64,000 nucleotides of DNA, from contig OZ024749.1 in the NCBI GenBank assembly GCA_964016885.1, forward strand, positions 28,582,001-28,646,000, in the 5' to 3' direction. The position numbers and the translations under genes were made by a program. Positions within the stretch are counted from its first letter, which is position 1. The number at the start of each line of letters is the position of its first letter. This DNA comes from Eledone cirrhosa (lineage: Eukaryota). The notes beneath the pieces were generated by a model. It ran no database searches, was not told the DNA's origin, and was given only the letters and a program-made list of their open reading frames with translations. Positions 15,578 to 29,918 of this stretch are shown here, in pieces.

Positions 15578-16199
15578 CTATAAATAGATCAATAAAACAT
15601 CAAAGACAATCAATAACCTAGTAGCTAAATAATGTTTATATTATTTGTTTATTATGATACAGGCATCAACATCATCATCACTATCACCATCACCATTATC
15701 ATCATCATCACCAACACTACCACCATCATCATCAAACATCTGTTACCCCTTCTAGCAAGGGTTAGACAGGTCATCAACAGACCAGACTCAAGCAGAGTTA
15801 CTCACCTCTCAGATGGGCTGGGGCCCAACATCTCACATATATTTCTGTCCTCTATCAAGTGATGAGATAGACTGGGAACCAACATCTCACTCACATATAT
15901 TTCTACACTCTACCGAGTACTCAGACAAACGAGAAGCTGCCCTTACTTCCCTCAAGTGTAATTTTTCATGGCACCAGCAGAAGGAAAGGCTACTCATGAG
16001 AAAAAACACTTTGTCATTAACCTGTTGACTGCCGCATATATTCTACACAGCTATAGTTGCTGTGCCGGGTTTTTTTAAACAAACATTTATCAACAACACA
16101 TATCTGAATGATTGTCAAATGCCACATCAATAAACTAGTAACCCCATCTAGCTTTGAAGTTATGAATTGTAGGAAAAAAGTTCAAATATGTTAGGATGA

Positions 16200-16953
16200 T
16201 TTGATGCAGGAGGTTGAGACTGTGTCGATGAGTGTGGGGCTGAGAATGAATGAGACTAAAACAAAATATCTGGTAGAGAATGTTGAGAAGCCAGAGGGCA
16301 TCACTAATGTAGGCGAGAAGCCACTAGAATTGGTTGAGGACTTCCTGTATTTGGGAGCAAAGATTGGGAATACGGAAGATGATGTGGTTGAGAGGAAGAG
16401 CAAAGCCTGGGCGGCGTGCCACAGCTTGAAATCGGTGTGGAAGTCGGACCTTCATAAAGACCTGAAAATCCGCCTCTTCATTGCTGTAGTGGCGTCTGTG
16501 CTGCTGTACGGGTCTGAGACTTGGACACTGACCAAGAAACTCACTCAGATGGTGGATGGGTGCTACACGAGAATGGTGAGGATGGCTCTGAACATTAATC
16601 AGTATACACTGAGGATGAAAAACTCAGAGCTGTATGGGAGCCTCCCAAAAGTCAGCTCAAAAGTGACACAGAGGAGACTGAGGTTAGCTGGACATGCTCA
16701 CCGACATCCAGAGTTGACATTGCACTCAGTGCTCCTGTGCGAGCCCCTACATGGACACACTGGAAGAGGAAGACCAAGGTTAACGTATGTTGATGCTCTA
16801 AGGATAGACACTGGTCTGTTGGAGACGCAGGATATGGCAGCGATAATGAGGGACAGAGACCGCTGGAGAGAACTTGTCCATGGATCTCGGGAATTTTACC
16901 TGCCCTAGAAATGTTAGGACGAGATATCTCGTCCATGGCACTGGAGTGCATAC
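16200..16953 (+). mobile_element. 5'-truncated RTE-like LINE of a second family, with an uninterrupted 235-codon ORF2 C-terminus
   Basis: FLYLG, LLYGSETW, RRLRLAGH and RGRP motifs; candidate TSD atgttaggatga at 16188-16199 and 16954-16965. Confidence 0.85.
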
Positions 16954-17168
16954 ATGTTAGGATGAGTTATCTCATCTACGGCACTGAAGAGATTAATAAA
17001 GAATTCATCATTATTATATCTCATGAGAGCAAGGATCTACACCTAGAAAGTTCCTTTCCACAGAACAGCAATGATGGCGGTGAATGTGATGATGCCAGTA
17101 GTGAATGCGGTGATGATAATTGTGTAAACAAAAGAACAAAAACCAGTAAATAAAAAGAAAGAACTCAC

Positions 17169-18660
17169 CCAAAGAAGGAGGTTGCTGGTGTGAGACCAAC
17201 GTGTCTTCTGATCCTGTTCCAGATTGTTCTGTAGTCTGTACGTCCATAGCTGTTAACTTGTCATCATTAGTATCAACGGCAGCAGTTTCTTGAAGTCTAC
17301 TAGTGTCACAGCCATTGTTCGAGTCAGCTGATGTTCCATTGGAGCTGAGATTATACTCCATTTGTTCATTATTTGAAGAGGAAACATGTTCTAATGCGGT
17401 TCCTCCATTATGTCTACTACGGTGGCTTAAATGGCGTTCATAAGATTCTTTAAACTGGTTGTAATAGAACCAATAACTCTCTTGATAGTGTTCAGTCCAA
17501 AGACTTTCCCACATGTCATTGTAGTTTAAAACATCTTTTCTACCATTCTCAGAGCTATGTTCCACTGTGTTAGTGAGAGAGCTTTGTTCATCTGTGTTAG
17601 CAACAGGCTCTCTACTGGATGAATAGCAGTGCATCATTTCAATGAGTTTAGATTCTTTGTTGTTGTCATCAGAATCAGTGTAGCTTCCGAGCTGTTCGGA
17701 AAGCTTTACAGAATCTTCACTCGATATTCTTGTCTCTGTACACCGCTCCATTGTGCTCTCAACAGCTGCATCAAAAGCCCGACCCTGAGTTTTGTACGAC
17801 CAATACACAGCTTTAGAATTCACTCCATTTCTATTCATATTTCGTTGGTCGCCATTACTTACTGATTCTCCTGTGACAAAACTATCCTGGTTGCCATTTT
17901 GGTGACCATTTGGAGAAGTTCTACTTCCAAGCTCCGTCTCATCTTCAGCTGTTGTGGTTTGTGGTACACCAAATTGTTGATGTACTTCATGTTGATGTAC
18001 TTCATGTTGATCTGAAAGGCCAGAAACACCATCAAGACCATGTGGATTTATATCAGAAATGTTTTCTTCTTCAAAACAACAGTTTGTCTGAGAATCTGTT
18101 AGTAAATGTTCTGGTTCAGTATTTGTCTGATCTGTCTGTGATGAGACGGTGCTGCCAATATTTGGATCAAGATTCCAGTTATCAACAGGAACAGCTGAAC
18201 CATTGTTAGTGTGGCCATTATTCTCTGGCAGAAATACCAAACTGCTTCTCTGAGATTCTTGTTCATTATTTACATCATAACTATTATTATTATTATCATC
18301 ATTATTATTAATGTTGTTGTCTGTACTAACTTCTACCTCTGCTATTGAAGGTACAACACAGTTCCCTTCATCAATTTGGTCGGGGTATTTACTGATCCAT
18401 CCTTGCCACACAAGATATTCTCCATATTTCGACCAATAATCTTGCCAAACAGTATCTAAATCGTAATTACTTTCATCCATTGATTGAAATACTTCAACTG
18501 GAACGATCAATGATTGATTTTCTTCATTAGTCTCACTGTTCAATGAACTGGAACATTCTCCAATATTCTTCCCAGTAGATTCCAAGTTCTTGGACAGATT
18601 CTTTGATCGCTTCTTCTTCCTCGACTTCTTTTGTGGTTTCCTTTTTGTCTTCTTTTCGCT
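17169..18660 (-). CDS. TGS1: TGS1 coding exon 3 (1492 nt; basic NLS-like start; WQDYWSKYGEYLVWQGWISKYP and WESLWTEHYQESYWFYYNQF motifs)
   Basis: Long ORF 17014..18585 extended upstream to the cattag acceptor; Trp-rich motifs typical of the metazoan TGS1/PIMT N-terminus. Confidence 0.92.
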
Positions 18661-18699
18661 CTAATGAAACAAAAGACGTTGACGTTAATAATATCATAA

Positions 18700-19350
18700 A
18701 CATATTAACAACATCATACACATATTGACACTATCATATACATATTGATAATATCATAAAGATATTAACAATATCATATACATATTAACAATATCATACA
18801 CATATTAACAATATCATAAACATATTAATAATATCATACACATATTGGCAATATCATACACATATTGACAATATTATAAACATTAACATCGTACATATTA
18901 ACAATGTCGTACACACATTAATAATATCATACATATATTAACAATATCGTACACACATTAATATCGTACACATTTTAACAATATCGTACACAAATTAACA
19001 ATATCGTACACATATTAACAATATCATATACATATTAACAATATCGTACCCATATTAACAATATCGTACACATATTAACAATATCATATACATATTAACA
19101 ATATCGTACACATATTAACAATATCGTACACATATTAACAATATCATATACATATTAACAATATCATATACACATTAACAATATCGTACACATTTTAACA
19201 ATATCGTACACACATTAACAATATCGTACCCATATTAACAATATCGTACACATATTAACTATATTGTACACCTATTAACAATATTGTACAGATGTTTAAT
19301 ATTATCATACATGTTTAACAATATCACACACGTTTAATTTTAACAATATC
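18700..19350. repeat. 20-bp minisatellite (catattaacaatatcgtaca)n
   Basis: About 30 visible units in a TGS1 intron. Confidence 0.92.
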
Positions 19351-19625
19351 ACACACACACATGTTTGGGGCCAACCTCAATTACAATGATAAGTGCTCTA
19401 GTTGTTTGAAAGATGGAACATCCTGCTCATGAAGTTAACATGCAAATGACTGAGCATTCCAGACACATGTATCCTTACATCTAAAGTTCTGCCAGCTGGG
19501 TGGAGTGAAATAACTTGAAATAAAGTGTCTTGCTCAAGGACACAATGTAAAATAAAGTATCTTGTTTAAGGACGCAATGTACAGCTGGGCCTAAACTTTG
19601 TATTTGTAGAAAGAAATAAACTTAC

Positions 19626-19854
19626 TTGCACACTTTTTGGAGCAGGTTTTCTGTGATTTCCAAACTGACTTGGCAAACCCATCTGTTTCATTAATTCCTT
19701 TTCAGTATCAATTACTTGAAATCTATCAATATTATCACCATCTGTATTTTGGTTTACATTTTTATCATCATCATCATCATCCTCCTCATTCTTCTCTTCA
19801 TCCTCATAATCATCATCATCGTCGTCATAGATAGAATACTCTAGTCCTCTGTCA
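19626..19854 (-). CDS. TGS1: TGS1 coding exon 2 (..ELMKQMGLPSQFG..)
   Basis: MGLPxxFG motif of TGS1; tttaag acceptor, GTAAG donor. Confidence 0.92.
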
Positions 19855-20088
19855 CTTAAAAAAAATAAAATAAATAAAATAAAACGTTAGTTTGTGAAAT
19901 AGGGATCAGTGTAAAAATCTCCTGATTGTTTATCTACCTTAAACCCTTTTGATGTCAAACAGGCCCTGGTTCTAGTTTAAGTTAAACAAACATAATATCT
20001 ATTGAATAGTTGATGTGAAGCACTGAGGGAATATACATATATATATACTAACAAAATTAGAGATGTCATGTCTGAGAAGATCAAAAAT

Positions 20089-20148
<60 letters not shown>

Positions 20149-20654
20149 GTAGGAATGAAGTAATTCCGTCGGAAAACTATATATATAAAATTTAGTTATA
20201 TTACTGAATCAAATCTTTTTTATATTTTAAAAATTAATTCAAATTCATAGAGAATGTAATGAAATGGCTAAGTATTTATATTTATCTAAAAACCTTCCAT
20301 CATGATTTAATCTAAGAACTTTTGTTTTATTATGTTGCAAACATCAACTTAATAACGTGAAAGTTAGTTATCTTAACTAAATTCTTCCAAATTATGGCTT
20401 CTTCAGTTAACATCTACCAGAGTTCACTCACAAGGCATTGTTAAAACAGGCTATAGTAGAAGACACTTGCCTACCACTGTCATTAAAACAGAGTAACAAT
20501 ACCGATGGGACTTGAACCAACAACCTATCACTTTACCATCTTACCATCTCAACTACAATGTATAAGAGAATTTATCACTAATGGAACTTGAACCAACAAC
20601 CTAGCACTGAACCATCTTACCTTCTCAACTACAATGTATAAGAGAATCTCTCAC

Positions 20655-20746
20655 CGTTGAACAGATCTAGTTAAATGACATTCAACATTTGATTCATCTC
20701 CTAACAGAATCTTCACATCAGCAATATGTTTCCTTTCATAGTACAT
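20655..20746 (-). CDS. TGS1: TGS1 coding exon 1 (MYYERKHIADVKILLGDESNVECHLTRSVQR)
   Basis: ATG at 20746; tttcag acceptor (exon starts 20756); GTGAGA donor; resembles the metazoan TGS1 N-terminus. Confidence 0.88.
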
Positions 20747-20789
20747 TGTCGAGGATCTGAAATAGGAAAAATGTATATATATATATATA

Positions 20790-21314
20790 TATAATATAAT
20801 AAATAACAAAGAACGCTTATAGCATATGCATATCTTTACTTGCTAACATTGTTTCATCCGCACTATAAGTGGGACTCATCAGAGCATAAAGGTTAATTAC
20901 ATACCATACAAGCAATAACAAATCCAAGACATTGAAGAATGAAAGGTAATAATAGACGATAAAGGATAAGAATGAAAATAAAAGTAAAAGTAAAAATAAA
21001 AATAAAAATAAAAATAAAAATAAAAATAAGGGGTGCTATCAGTCACAGTTCGCCCAACTGTGACTGATAGCACCCCTTATTTTTATTTTTATTTTTATTT
21101 TTATTTTTATTTTTATTTTTACTTTTATTTTCATTCTTATCCTTTATCGTCTATTATTACCTTTCATTCTTCAATGTCTTGGATTTGTTATTGCTTGTAT
21201 GGTATGTAATTAACCTTTATGCTCTGATGAGTCCCACTTATAGTGCGGATGAAACAATGTTAGCAAGTAAAGATATGCATATGCTATAAGCGTTCTTTGT
21301 TATTTATTATATTA
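20790..21314. repeat. ~260-bp-arm hairpin element (5-nt loop) with a hammerhead in each arm, plus a tail to ~21400
   Basis: Arms meet at agtcacagtt-cgccc-aactgtgact (21041-21065). Confidence 0.95.
21215..21272 (+). ncRNA. Type I hammerhead ribozyme (mirror copy 20834-20891, minus strand)
   Basis: ctttat gct-CTGATGA-gtcc cact tat agtg c ggat-GAAAC AAT GTT^-agc aa gtaaag. Confidence 0.85.
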
Positions 21315-21398
21315 CGGCTCTGTCCTCAGACATTGAGCTAACCTCATACTGCCTGCTGGATAAGTGGAGTGTTATACACCCCTGATCCTTTCCCTAGC

Positions 21399-21432
<34 letters not shown>

Positions 21433-23659
21433 ATATTTATATATATAAACGTGGTTGGTGTTAGGAAGGCCATGTAAAAATGCCAGCCAAATTTACAGTT
21501 CCATCTGAGCAAGGTACAGAGCTGCCAACTAGCCAGACTTGTCTCATGACATGGGCGATCCGTCTAACCCATGCAGGCACAGAAAATGGATGTTAAACAG
21601 TGATGATGATGATATATATGTATTTGTTCTGCAAGATTCTTGATGTGAAAACGTGTGTTGAAACTGATAGTTATATTTGGGGGTTGTCATGTTGCCAACA
21701 GAAACACACGCACCATATAATTTTCACTTTATCTTTATTGTTCATTTGTTTATCAAGATTCATTTGTCACATTCTGTGACCTTCTCAATGATTATCTGTT
21801 TTGTGCCTCCTCTTTTTTCTGGTCTTAATCTTCTACCCCATCTTGTCAAAACAAACAAAGACTAGATGGAATGGAAGTTTAAGACAATAATGATAAAGTG
21901 AAAATGAGTGCTGGTACCACAATCTCTGCCCCCCTCCCCCACAGGCACATCAATCTTCGCCTACTCTACTCTCTAAAGTGGTAGTGCTGGTACCACAACA
22001 ATAAGTACTCAGTACACTTGGTAATAAGGTAGTACTAATGTAGCAGTAATTTGAACTTTTGTTCCCATGTTGGCAAAATAGATCAGTGTGACCACACATG
22101 CTCACATTCCTTTGTTAGGGACTAGGTGTCAGCTTGTCTGGAGAAATATACAACTAGAGATCATTTGCAGTTTATCAAGAGATAACTAGCTGCATCATCT
22201 CGTTCTGATCTCATCTCTCAAAGCAGAGATTATGCAAGCGGTTTGTTCCAGCAAGCCGAGTATTGTAGTCGTTAAACAGACACTCTGGTCCTATAGACAA
22301 GGGCCAGTGAGCTTTATTCCTGTTCTACTGCAACAAAAGGTTAATCCATGCATCAACAGTGTATATCACCTTTCAAAGTATAGCACATACTCATACACAA
22401 CCAACAACATAGCCTTGTTTTCCTATGCCATTGCAATAACCTCATAGCAGGTTATTAATTTAATAAAATTAGTTAAATGGCGATTTTGGTTTATATATTT
22501 CATTACCTATGTGATCAGAGAAAATCACTTACCCAAGGTATCATCACATCATCATAACGAACAGTTACTCAGTTACTTGCACGCCCTCAATCTCTGGGCA
22601 GACATCAATTTTCTTAACCTACACTCTATATAACGGTGACCACATTACTGAGTAATCCACAAGTACATGTTGTATTAGTTTCAAAGTTAAATAAAATGTT
22701 CTTCACAGTTGTATAAATAACATTAGAAATGCATAAATAAGATTATAAATTGTTTGCAATTCTTTCAGAAGAACATTACAAATATAATGTTGATAAACAC
22801 AAATATAAACACATAAAAGAGAGAAAAAAGGGGGAGGCAAAAACAAAAACCACCATCAGTTCACCACCAAGTGCGACAATCTGAAAACCTAGAGGCTCGG
22901 TCCTGGCCGAGTGACTCCTATAGTCGTGATAAACAACAGAATAGTTAAGTGAGCACTTGAAATGGTTCGTTGTTGTTGTTCTTAAACCTTGTATAGTAAT
23001 GTTCTTATAGGATTTCTTTCCTGCGTAGTAAGTTGGAATCTATGATTCCCTTGTATGTCACTACTTAATGTGTTGTTGTTTTTTTACATTTTGGAAGGAG
23101 AACAGTAAGATAAATTTACAGAACTACATGTCTCTTACGTTTTTTGCGTATCAAATGAATCTGGCTTTCAAAATCGTTCAAACCAGATAAATATCTATAG
23201 CAGTACCTGACAAACGTTTATATAAATTGGCTGGTATATTTAGACTGAACACCTGAACTGTATAAACCAGGTAAATATATATAGCAGTACCCGAGAGGTG
23301 TTTATATAAATTGTCTGATATATTTTGATAGAATACCAGGACTGTACAAACCAGGTAAATATCTATTGACTGAATAACTGAACTGAAAAGATTTTTTCAT
23401 GAAATATGAAAAATTCCCTTCTGTTTCGTGTTTAGTTAAAACTGAAACTGAAGTTAATGTATGCATATTTTTAATTTTGTTTTCAAATCTGCAAGTATTA
23501 AAATGGTTTCGTGTTACATGTGCGCTTTTGATTACTAACAGTGTATTGTAAGTTTTTAAGGTAACTTATAAATTTACGAGCAGAAAGAACTGTTTCACAT
23601 AATTTAATTAAGATTGAATTAGTGTATAAAATGTGAGAGAAGTCCGTTGGTCAACTTAC

Positions 23660-23800
23660 CTGCTCCAATATTTGTTAAACAGGAGACAAAGATCATACGA
23701 AGAAACATAGTGGAAATATTCTGGACCGGTGTAATACCAATATTTTATCGCACTAATATTTATCTCACATAAACAAAACCGGTGTGATCCAGTGTTTGTT
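23660..23800 (-). other. TGS1: Candidate non-coding first exon of TGS1
   Basis: Strong CAG|GTAAGT donor at 23660 upstream of an acceptor-bounded first coding exon; transcription start not determinable. Confidence 0.45.
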
Positions 23801-25845
23801 TACATTGTATATCAACTATGCGATAATGGATATAGGTGGAGAAAGAGCTTGGCTTAGTGTTTCGATTGTTGGAATCGTGTTCATGAAGTCGTGATTTCGA
23901 TTCCCGAACCAGGTATTGCATTGACTCCGTGAGCAAGATACTTTATTTCATGTTATTTAAGTTCGCTCGACTGCTAAAAATTTCACACACTGTCTCATGC
24001 CGAATTTCCTTGAAAACTATGTTAAGAACTGTATACGTGTCTCTAGAATGCTCAACGACTTGCACGTTAATTTCGTTGATTATATCAACGGGAATACTCG
24101 TGGTCGAAACCGGCGGAGGGCCAACTTATTATATACTAACGAAGCTTAAGAATGAATAGTGGTGATCTCATAATATTCACGTGAATATTATGTCCCCTAT
24201 GTGGTTGACTACTCAGCCAGTGGGAGGGATGGGGATATACAGGTTGACCAATCTGTCAATAGGGGTACACAGGTTGACCAGTCTGCCATTGGAATACTCA
24301 GGTTGACCAGTCTGCCAGTGGGGTACACGGACATGTGAAATTGGATGATAATTGGACAGAAAAATTAGGCTTCAATAAGGATTACGTCAACCATGGAAAT
24401 AGACCTGTAGAATCTACAGAATTGCAGATAACGTCCACTTCCCCAAAACGCTTCACTGAACACACGTGCTTTTTCTAAAAAAAAAACAATTTTAATATAG
24501 ATTGCTTACATGTATGTATAAGATGTTTTAAAATGTTTAGCACTGATATGTATATGTTTAAAAATGTTTAGATGTATATGTTCTTATCTGATGACCCTAT
24601 GATAGACAGACGAAACTCTAGAGTAACAAGACTCACTTTTTACTCTATATATAAATATATGTGTTAGATAATTCCGAAGGAATAGCAAAGGGAAAAAGAG
24701 TGCTCGATATATAGAACAGAGCTATTTAATTTAGAAATATTAATATACGTCTGGATCGGTCATCAGAGAAGGATGTTTCTCTGTCTGATGACCGATCCAG
24801 ACATATTATTATTGTCTGTGATCCAGAAACCTTTGGTAATGGAGTAGTTATATTTTGTGTTTTTCACTTTCTAATTATATATAAATACACACACACACAT
24901 ATAGTGTATGTGTTTCTGTGAATTACTGGTGGCGGTGGTACCAAAATGAGCACTCTGTGCACAGGCAGATTGTATATAAGTATATAAGAAAAAAACGATG
25001 AAGTTTCGTTTACATGTATTTGTTTTAATTGTGTATTAACCTTTATGTGTGTGTGTGTATATATATACATATGTGTGTGTGAGTATGAGTGTATGCATAT
25101 ATGTATATATATGTGTGTATGTATATATGTATATATACATGTATGTATATGTATATATGCCTGTGCCGTGAAGCTTTTATAGTGAGCAAAGGCACTGCAC
25201 AAAGCCAGTCCCACTCTCTTAACCAAGATGATATTTACCAAAAGAAGAACAAGTCAACATCATTGGATACCATCAGGGTTGCAGGTGTTATATCAGAGTT
25301 TTCCTTCTCCTAGAATTCTGCCTTGACAAAGGCTAAGGGGTCATCTCTCCCGGTGATTTTGGATGGCCATTGACTCTTAAGAGCTCCTTTGCCCTTTGAC
25401 AGGTTTTGTTTTTAGTCCTGCAGGATGACCAAAGTCACCCTCCTCACCAAGAAACCTTGGTGGGATTGCCAGTTTAGTCGCCAACGACCCGACCATGAGA
25501 CAGGTTGTACTGGGATACATGTTACCAGTAGCACCAACTGGTGACCTGACATAATATGACTTGCTTTATATCTGGAGATCTCTCTGCACTTGTCGTCACA
25601 TGGTACCATGGGCCCAGCACTATGTGTCAATAATTGTCACAAGTGTAGTGTTTGTACCAGAGTTTTCAAGTCGCTGGCTGGACTAAAAAGTCACACTCGT
25701 TCAGCGCATTGGTAGGAGTTCTCCTACATGGATATAAAGTAGTGGCCGTACTCGAAAACAAGTTGGCAGCCACCATATATATATATATATATATATATAT
25801 AAATTCAAAATATTAATAAATATAGACATTCATTTAATCAAATAT

Positions 25846-25906
25846 ATTTTATATATATTTCGGAGGTACTGTGCTGTTTCCTCAGTACGTCCTCATCAGA
25901 TAAAAC
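25846..25906 (-). ncRNA. Hammerhead-like motif with slightly degenerate cleavage site
   Basis: gttttat-CTGATGA-gga c gtactg..cagtac c tcc-GAAA tatat ataaaat. Confidence 0.6.
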
Positions 25907-26337
25907 AAATTGATGTATGACATACCTCAACTGTGCTGATGGTTCAATTCCAGTCTTGGCAGTGATTAATTATAACAAAACTTAATATTTATATACCATA
26001 AGTACTAACATGACAAACTACATATAATGGAGAGGGTGAGTAGAAAAACGCGTAGAAATAAAATACATAAATAGATAAATAAAATAGATAAAACAGATAA
26101 ATAGATAAATAAAATATTAAAAACTCCAGAAAACTTTTTCTGTTGAGTACTTCTAATCTATTGTAAAACTATATTCATTGATTAATCAATGAACCTTGTT
26201 TAACTTTTGGTCATATATATATATATGTGTGTGTGTGTGTGGGTGTGCATATATATAACTAAATAGCTCTAGCTTACATAGAGCACTCTCCTTTCCTTTA
26301 CCTTTCCTACAGAAATGCTTAATATATATATATATAT

Positions 26338-26670
26338 GGAGGCACATGGCTTAGTGGTTAGAGCATTGGCCTTGCAATCGAAAGGTTGTGAGTTCAATTC
26401 TCAGACCGAATGATGTGTTGTTTCCTTGAGCAAGACACTTTATTTCACATTGCTCCAGTTTACTCAGCTGTAAAAATGAGATGATAGGACTGGGGTCCCT
26501 ATCATTCCACTGCAAAGTCGTCGTGGAGGTGCCACGACAAAAAAAGCACCCAGTATTCACTGTAAATGAGGTTGGTATTAGGAAGGGCATCCAGCTGTAG
26601 AAATCAAGCCAGAATCAGTTCCCGTCCCACCCTTGCAAGCAGGGAAAAAGCGGACGTAAATGACGACGAT
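26338..26670 (+). mobile_element. CORE-like SINE with RTE tail
   Basis: Same family as 11622-11962. Confidence 0.88.
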
Positions 26671-26775
26671 ATATTTATATATTAAGTGTTTCCGTAGGAA
26701 AGGTAAAGGAGAGGAGAGTGCTCTATGTAGGCTACAGAGCTATTTAGTTATGTAATAAATAACATAAGACAATTA

Positions 26776-26847
26776 TTCCATTTACCAAAGGTTTCACGAA
26801 GACAGACAAGCTCGACATAGATGTCTGAAATCGTTCATCAGAATGAA
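26776..26847 (-). ncRNA. Type I hammerhead ribozyme
   Basis: ttcatt-CTGATGA-acga..cagaca..tgtctg..tcgt-GAAA CC TTT GG TA^-aatgga. Confidence 0.85.
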
Positions 26848-26884
26848 ATTTTATTGAAATATATAAATATATATATATATATAT

Positions 26885-27590
26885 ATTGGCATACGTTAAG
26901 ACGGGTGTTCCGGAAAGTGAAAGTAATTTTTGAGAACACTGAATTTTTTTTTTTTTTTTTTTTTCACTCAATAGTGAAAGTTACGATACACACGCAATTG
27001 TACGATACACACGCAATTGTATGGATTTCTTAATATATATATGTGTGGGTGTGTATATGTGTGTATATATGTGTGTGTACACTGTGAATTTGTTTGTTTA
27101 TTTACAACAGGTCTTTATAGTGATATGGTGTTAATTAGTATTGCGTGTGTGATTATTTTTTCTTTTTCTTTTTTTGTGTATTGTGTGTACGGAAAATTTT
27201 TTTTTAAATAATGACATTGTGTGTTGAAATAAATAATTTTTTTTTAAATAACTACATAGTTAAACGTTTGTTGCATATAGCATAAATTGACGTACCTTAT
27301 GAACGTCCTTATTACACCGTATAAATAGCTGAAATACAGTTGATCATCTCGCCAAACTTGTTTGCACCAACTCTCTGCCGCCAAAGAATATACAAACACA
27401 TATATATATACATACAGAGACACATATATATACACACATATACACACCCACACATATATATATATATTAAGAAATCCATACAATTGCGTGTGTATCGTAA
27501 CTTTCATTGTAAAAAAAGAAAACAAACAAATTCAGTGTTGTCAAAATTTACTTTCACTTTCCGGAACGCCCGTCTTAACGTATGACATAT
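26885..27590. repeat. Element with ~170-bp imperfect terminal inverted repeats, between (TA)n tracts
   Basis: catacgttaagacgggtgttccggaaagtgaaag.. mirrored by ..ctttcactttccggaacgcccgtcttaacgtatg. Confidence 0.8.
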
Positions 27591-27605
27591 ATATATATAT
27601 GTATG

Positions 27606-27640
<35 letters not shown>

Positions 27641-27641
27641 G

Positions 27642-27737
<96 letters not shown>

Positions 27738-27761
27738 TATGTATATATATATATATGTATG

Positions 27762-27794
<33 letters not shown>

Positions 27795-27869
27795 GTATAT
27801 ATATATGTATATATATCTATATATATATATGTATGTATATATATATATGTATGTATATACATACATATG

Positions 27870-27982
<113 letters not shown>

Positions 27983-28088
27983 GTATGTATATATATATAT
28001 GTATATATATATATGTATGTATCATCATCATCATCATTTTACGTCCTTTTTTCCTTGTATGTATATATATATATATATGTATCATGAT

Positions 28089-29172
28089 CATCATTGTTTA
28101 ACGACCATCTTCCACGCTAGCATGGGTTAGACGGGAGTTGTCCCACTTGAGGCAAGATTGGTCAGGTGACCGTGTCTCGCTCGTATAGGACTATCTGGCA
28201 GATTTTCTACGGCTGGATGCCCTTCCTAACACCAACCACATTTACAGTGTTGAACTGGGAACTTTTTACCGTGTTACCTACACGACCTCATCGTGTTACC
28301 TACACGTCCACAGCGTGGACTATTTTTTTTGGGGGGGGGGGGAGTCCCCCCCCTTTTCTTTTTCCCTTCCCCTTTCCTTCTTTTATTCCCTCTTTTCCCT
28401 CCTTTTTCCTTCTCTTCTTTCTTTTTTTGTCGTGACACCTACACGATCTCATTAGTTTGGACTAGATATTTATAGGGAAAGGGTGGTGTTGGGTGGGGCT
28501 GGAAGGGTGGAGTAGGCGTAGTAGGTTTGGATGTATGTTTGGTTTGGAGGGGCCTACTGACTGAAGGTTAACTTTGCTCGTAGGGAACGCGGGTCTTCTA
28601 TATTACTGCATGGCGCCAAAGATCTCGATCCAGTGATATTGTCTTAGAGAGGTGCAAGTGTGCAAGGTCGGAATTTATCAAGTCGTCCCAGGTTTTTGTG
28701 GGTCTACCTACTCCGTAACTTCCATCAATTTTGATTACCCTGCAATTTTTAATACAGCTGTTGTCTTTCATGTGCCTCACATGACCATACCAATGATCGT
28801 CTCTCGAGTAAACAGCATCTGATCCCTCTTATTCCTAATTTCTCACTTGGTTCGTTTATGTTTAGCCGTTCGTGTATATTACTATTACACATCCAATGGA
28901 GCATGCATGCTTTGTTCCTTCCGAGTCTGCGCAGGTCCTCTGCACACAATGCCCATGTCTCACTGCCATCTAACATTGCTGTTCGTATACAAGCATCATA
29001 CAATCTGCCTTTCATTTTTAGAGAGAAATCTATTGTGGCCAACAACGGTATAAGCTCTCTGAACTTTTTCCATCCCGTTCTAACTCTGGCTACTGTACTT
29101 TCAAAGCAACCTCCACCACTGCTGATTTTGACTCCCAGGTAACGGAAAGTGTCCACTATTTCTATAGAACCT
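28089..29172 (-). mobile_element. 5'-truncated, decayed RTE LINE
   Basis: [31 protein letters not shown]; frameshifted; (GAT)-type tail. Confidence 0.9.
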
Positions 29173-29362
29173 TATATGTATATATATATGTGTGTATATA
29201 TATATATATATACGTACGTCAATACTCATCTTTTTCCATTTCTCCGAGGGTTCTTACCCCCACTATCAGGCTAAATAATTTCTTTAATTTATTTAGTCAA
29301 AATACGGCGATAACTTACATTTCTAATAATTTCAAACCAACTCGCTGTTTCGAAAATATCCT

Positions 29363-29461
<99 letters not shown>

Positions 29462-29720
29462 GTATATATATATATGTATATATATATATATGTATATATA
29501 TGTATATATATATATGTATATATATATATATGTATATATATGTATATATATATGTATATATATATATGTATATATATGTATATATATATATGTATATATA
29601 TGTATATATATATATGTATATATATGTATATATATATATATATGTATATATATGTATATGTATATATATATATGTATATGTATATATATATGTATATGTA
29701 TATATATATATATGTATATG

Positions 29721-29793
<73 letters not shown>

Positions 29794-29850
29794 GTATATA
29801 TATATATATAATAAAGAAGAAATTAAAAGATGGTTAAAAGAGTTCCATAT

Positions 29851-29918
29851 ATTTTAGTATGCGCATTTCGAATACAAAATCATCGTGGGACAAAAATTGT
29901 GTTCTCATCAGATAAAAT
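29851..29918 (-). ncRNA. Type I hammerhead (same family as 45172-45240)
   Basis: attttat-CTGATGA-gaacacaa..ttgtattc-GAAA TGCGC ATA^-ctaaaat. Confidence 0.75.

Noticed and set aside
22532-22618. Possible additional TGS1 5' UTR exon (tgtag..GTAAGT)
   Set aside because: Only splice-like motifs; cannot be supported without RNA-seq.
26338-26410. tRNA gene
   Set aside because: A and B boxes belong to a SINE head; no full cloverleaf, and it continues into the SINE core and tail.
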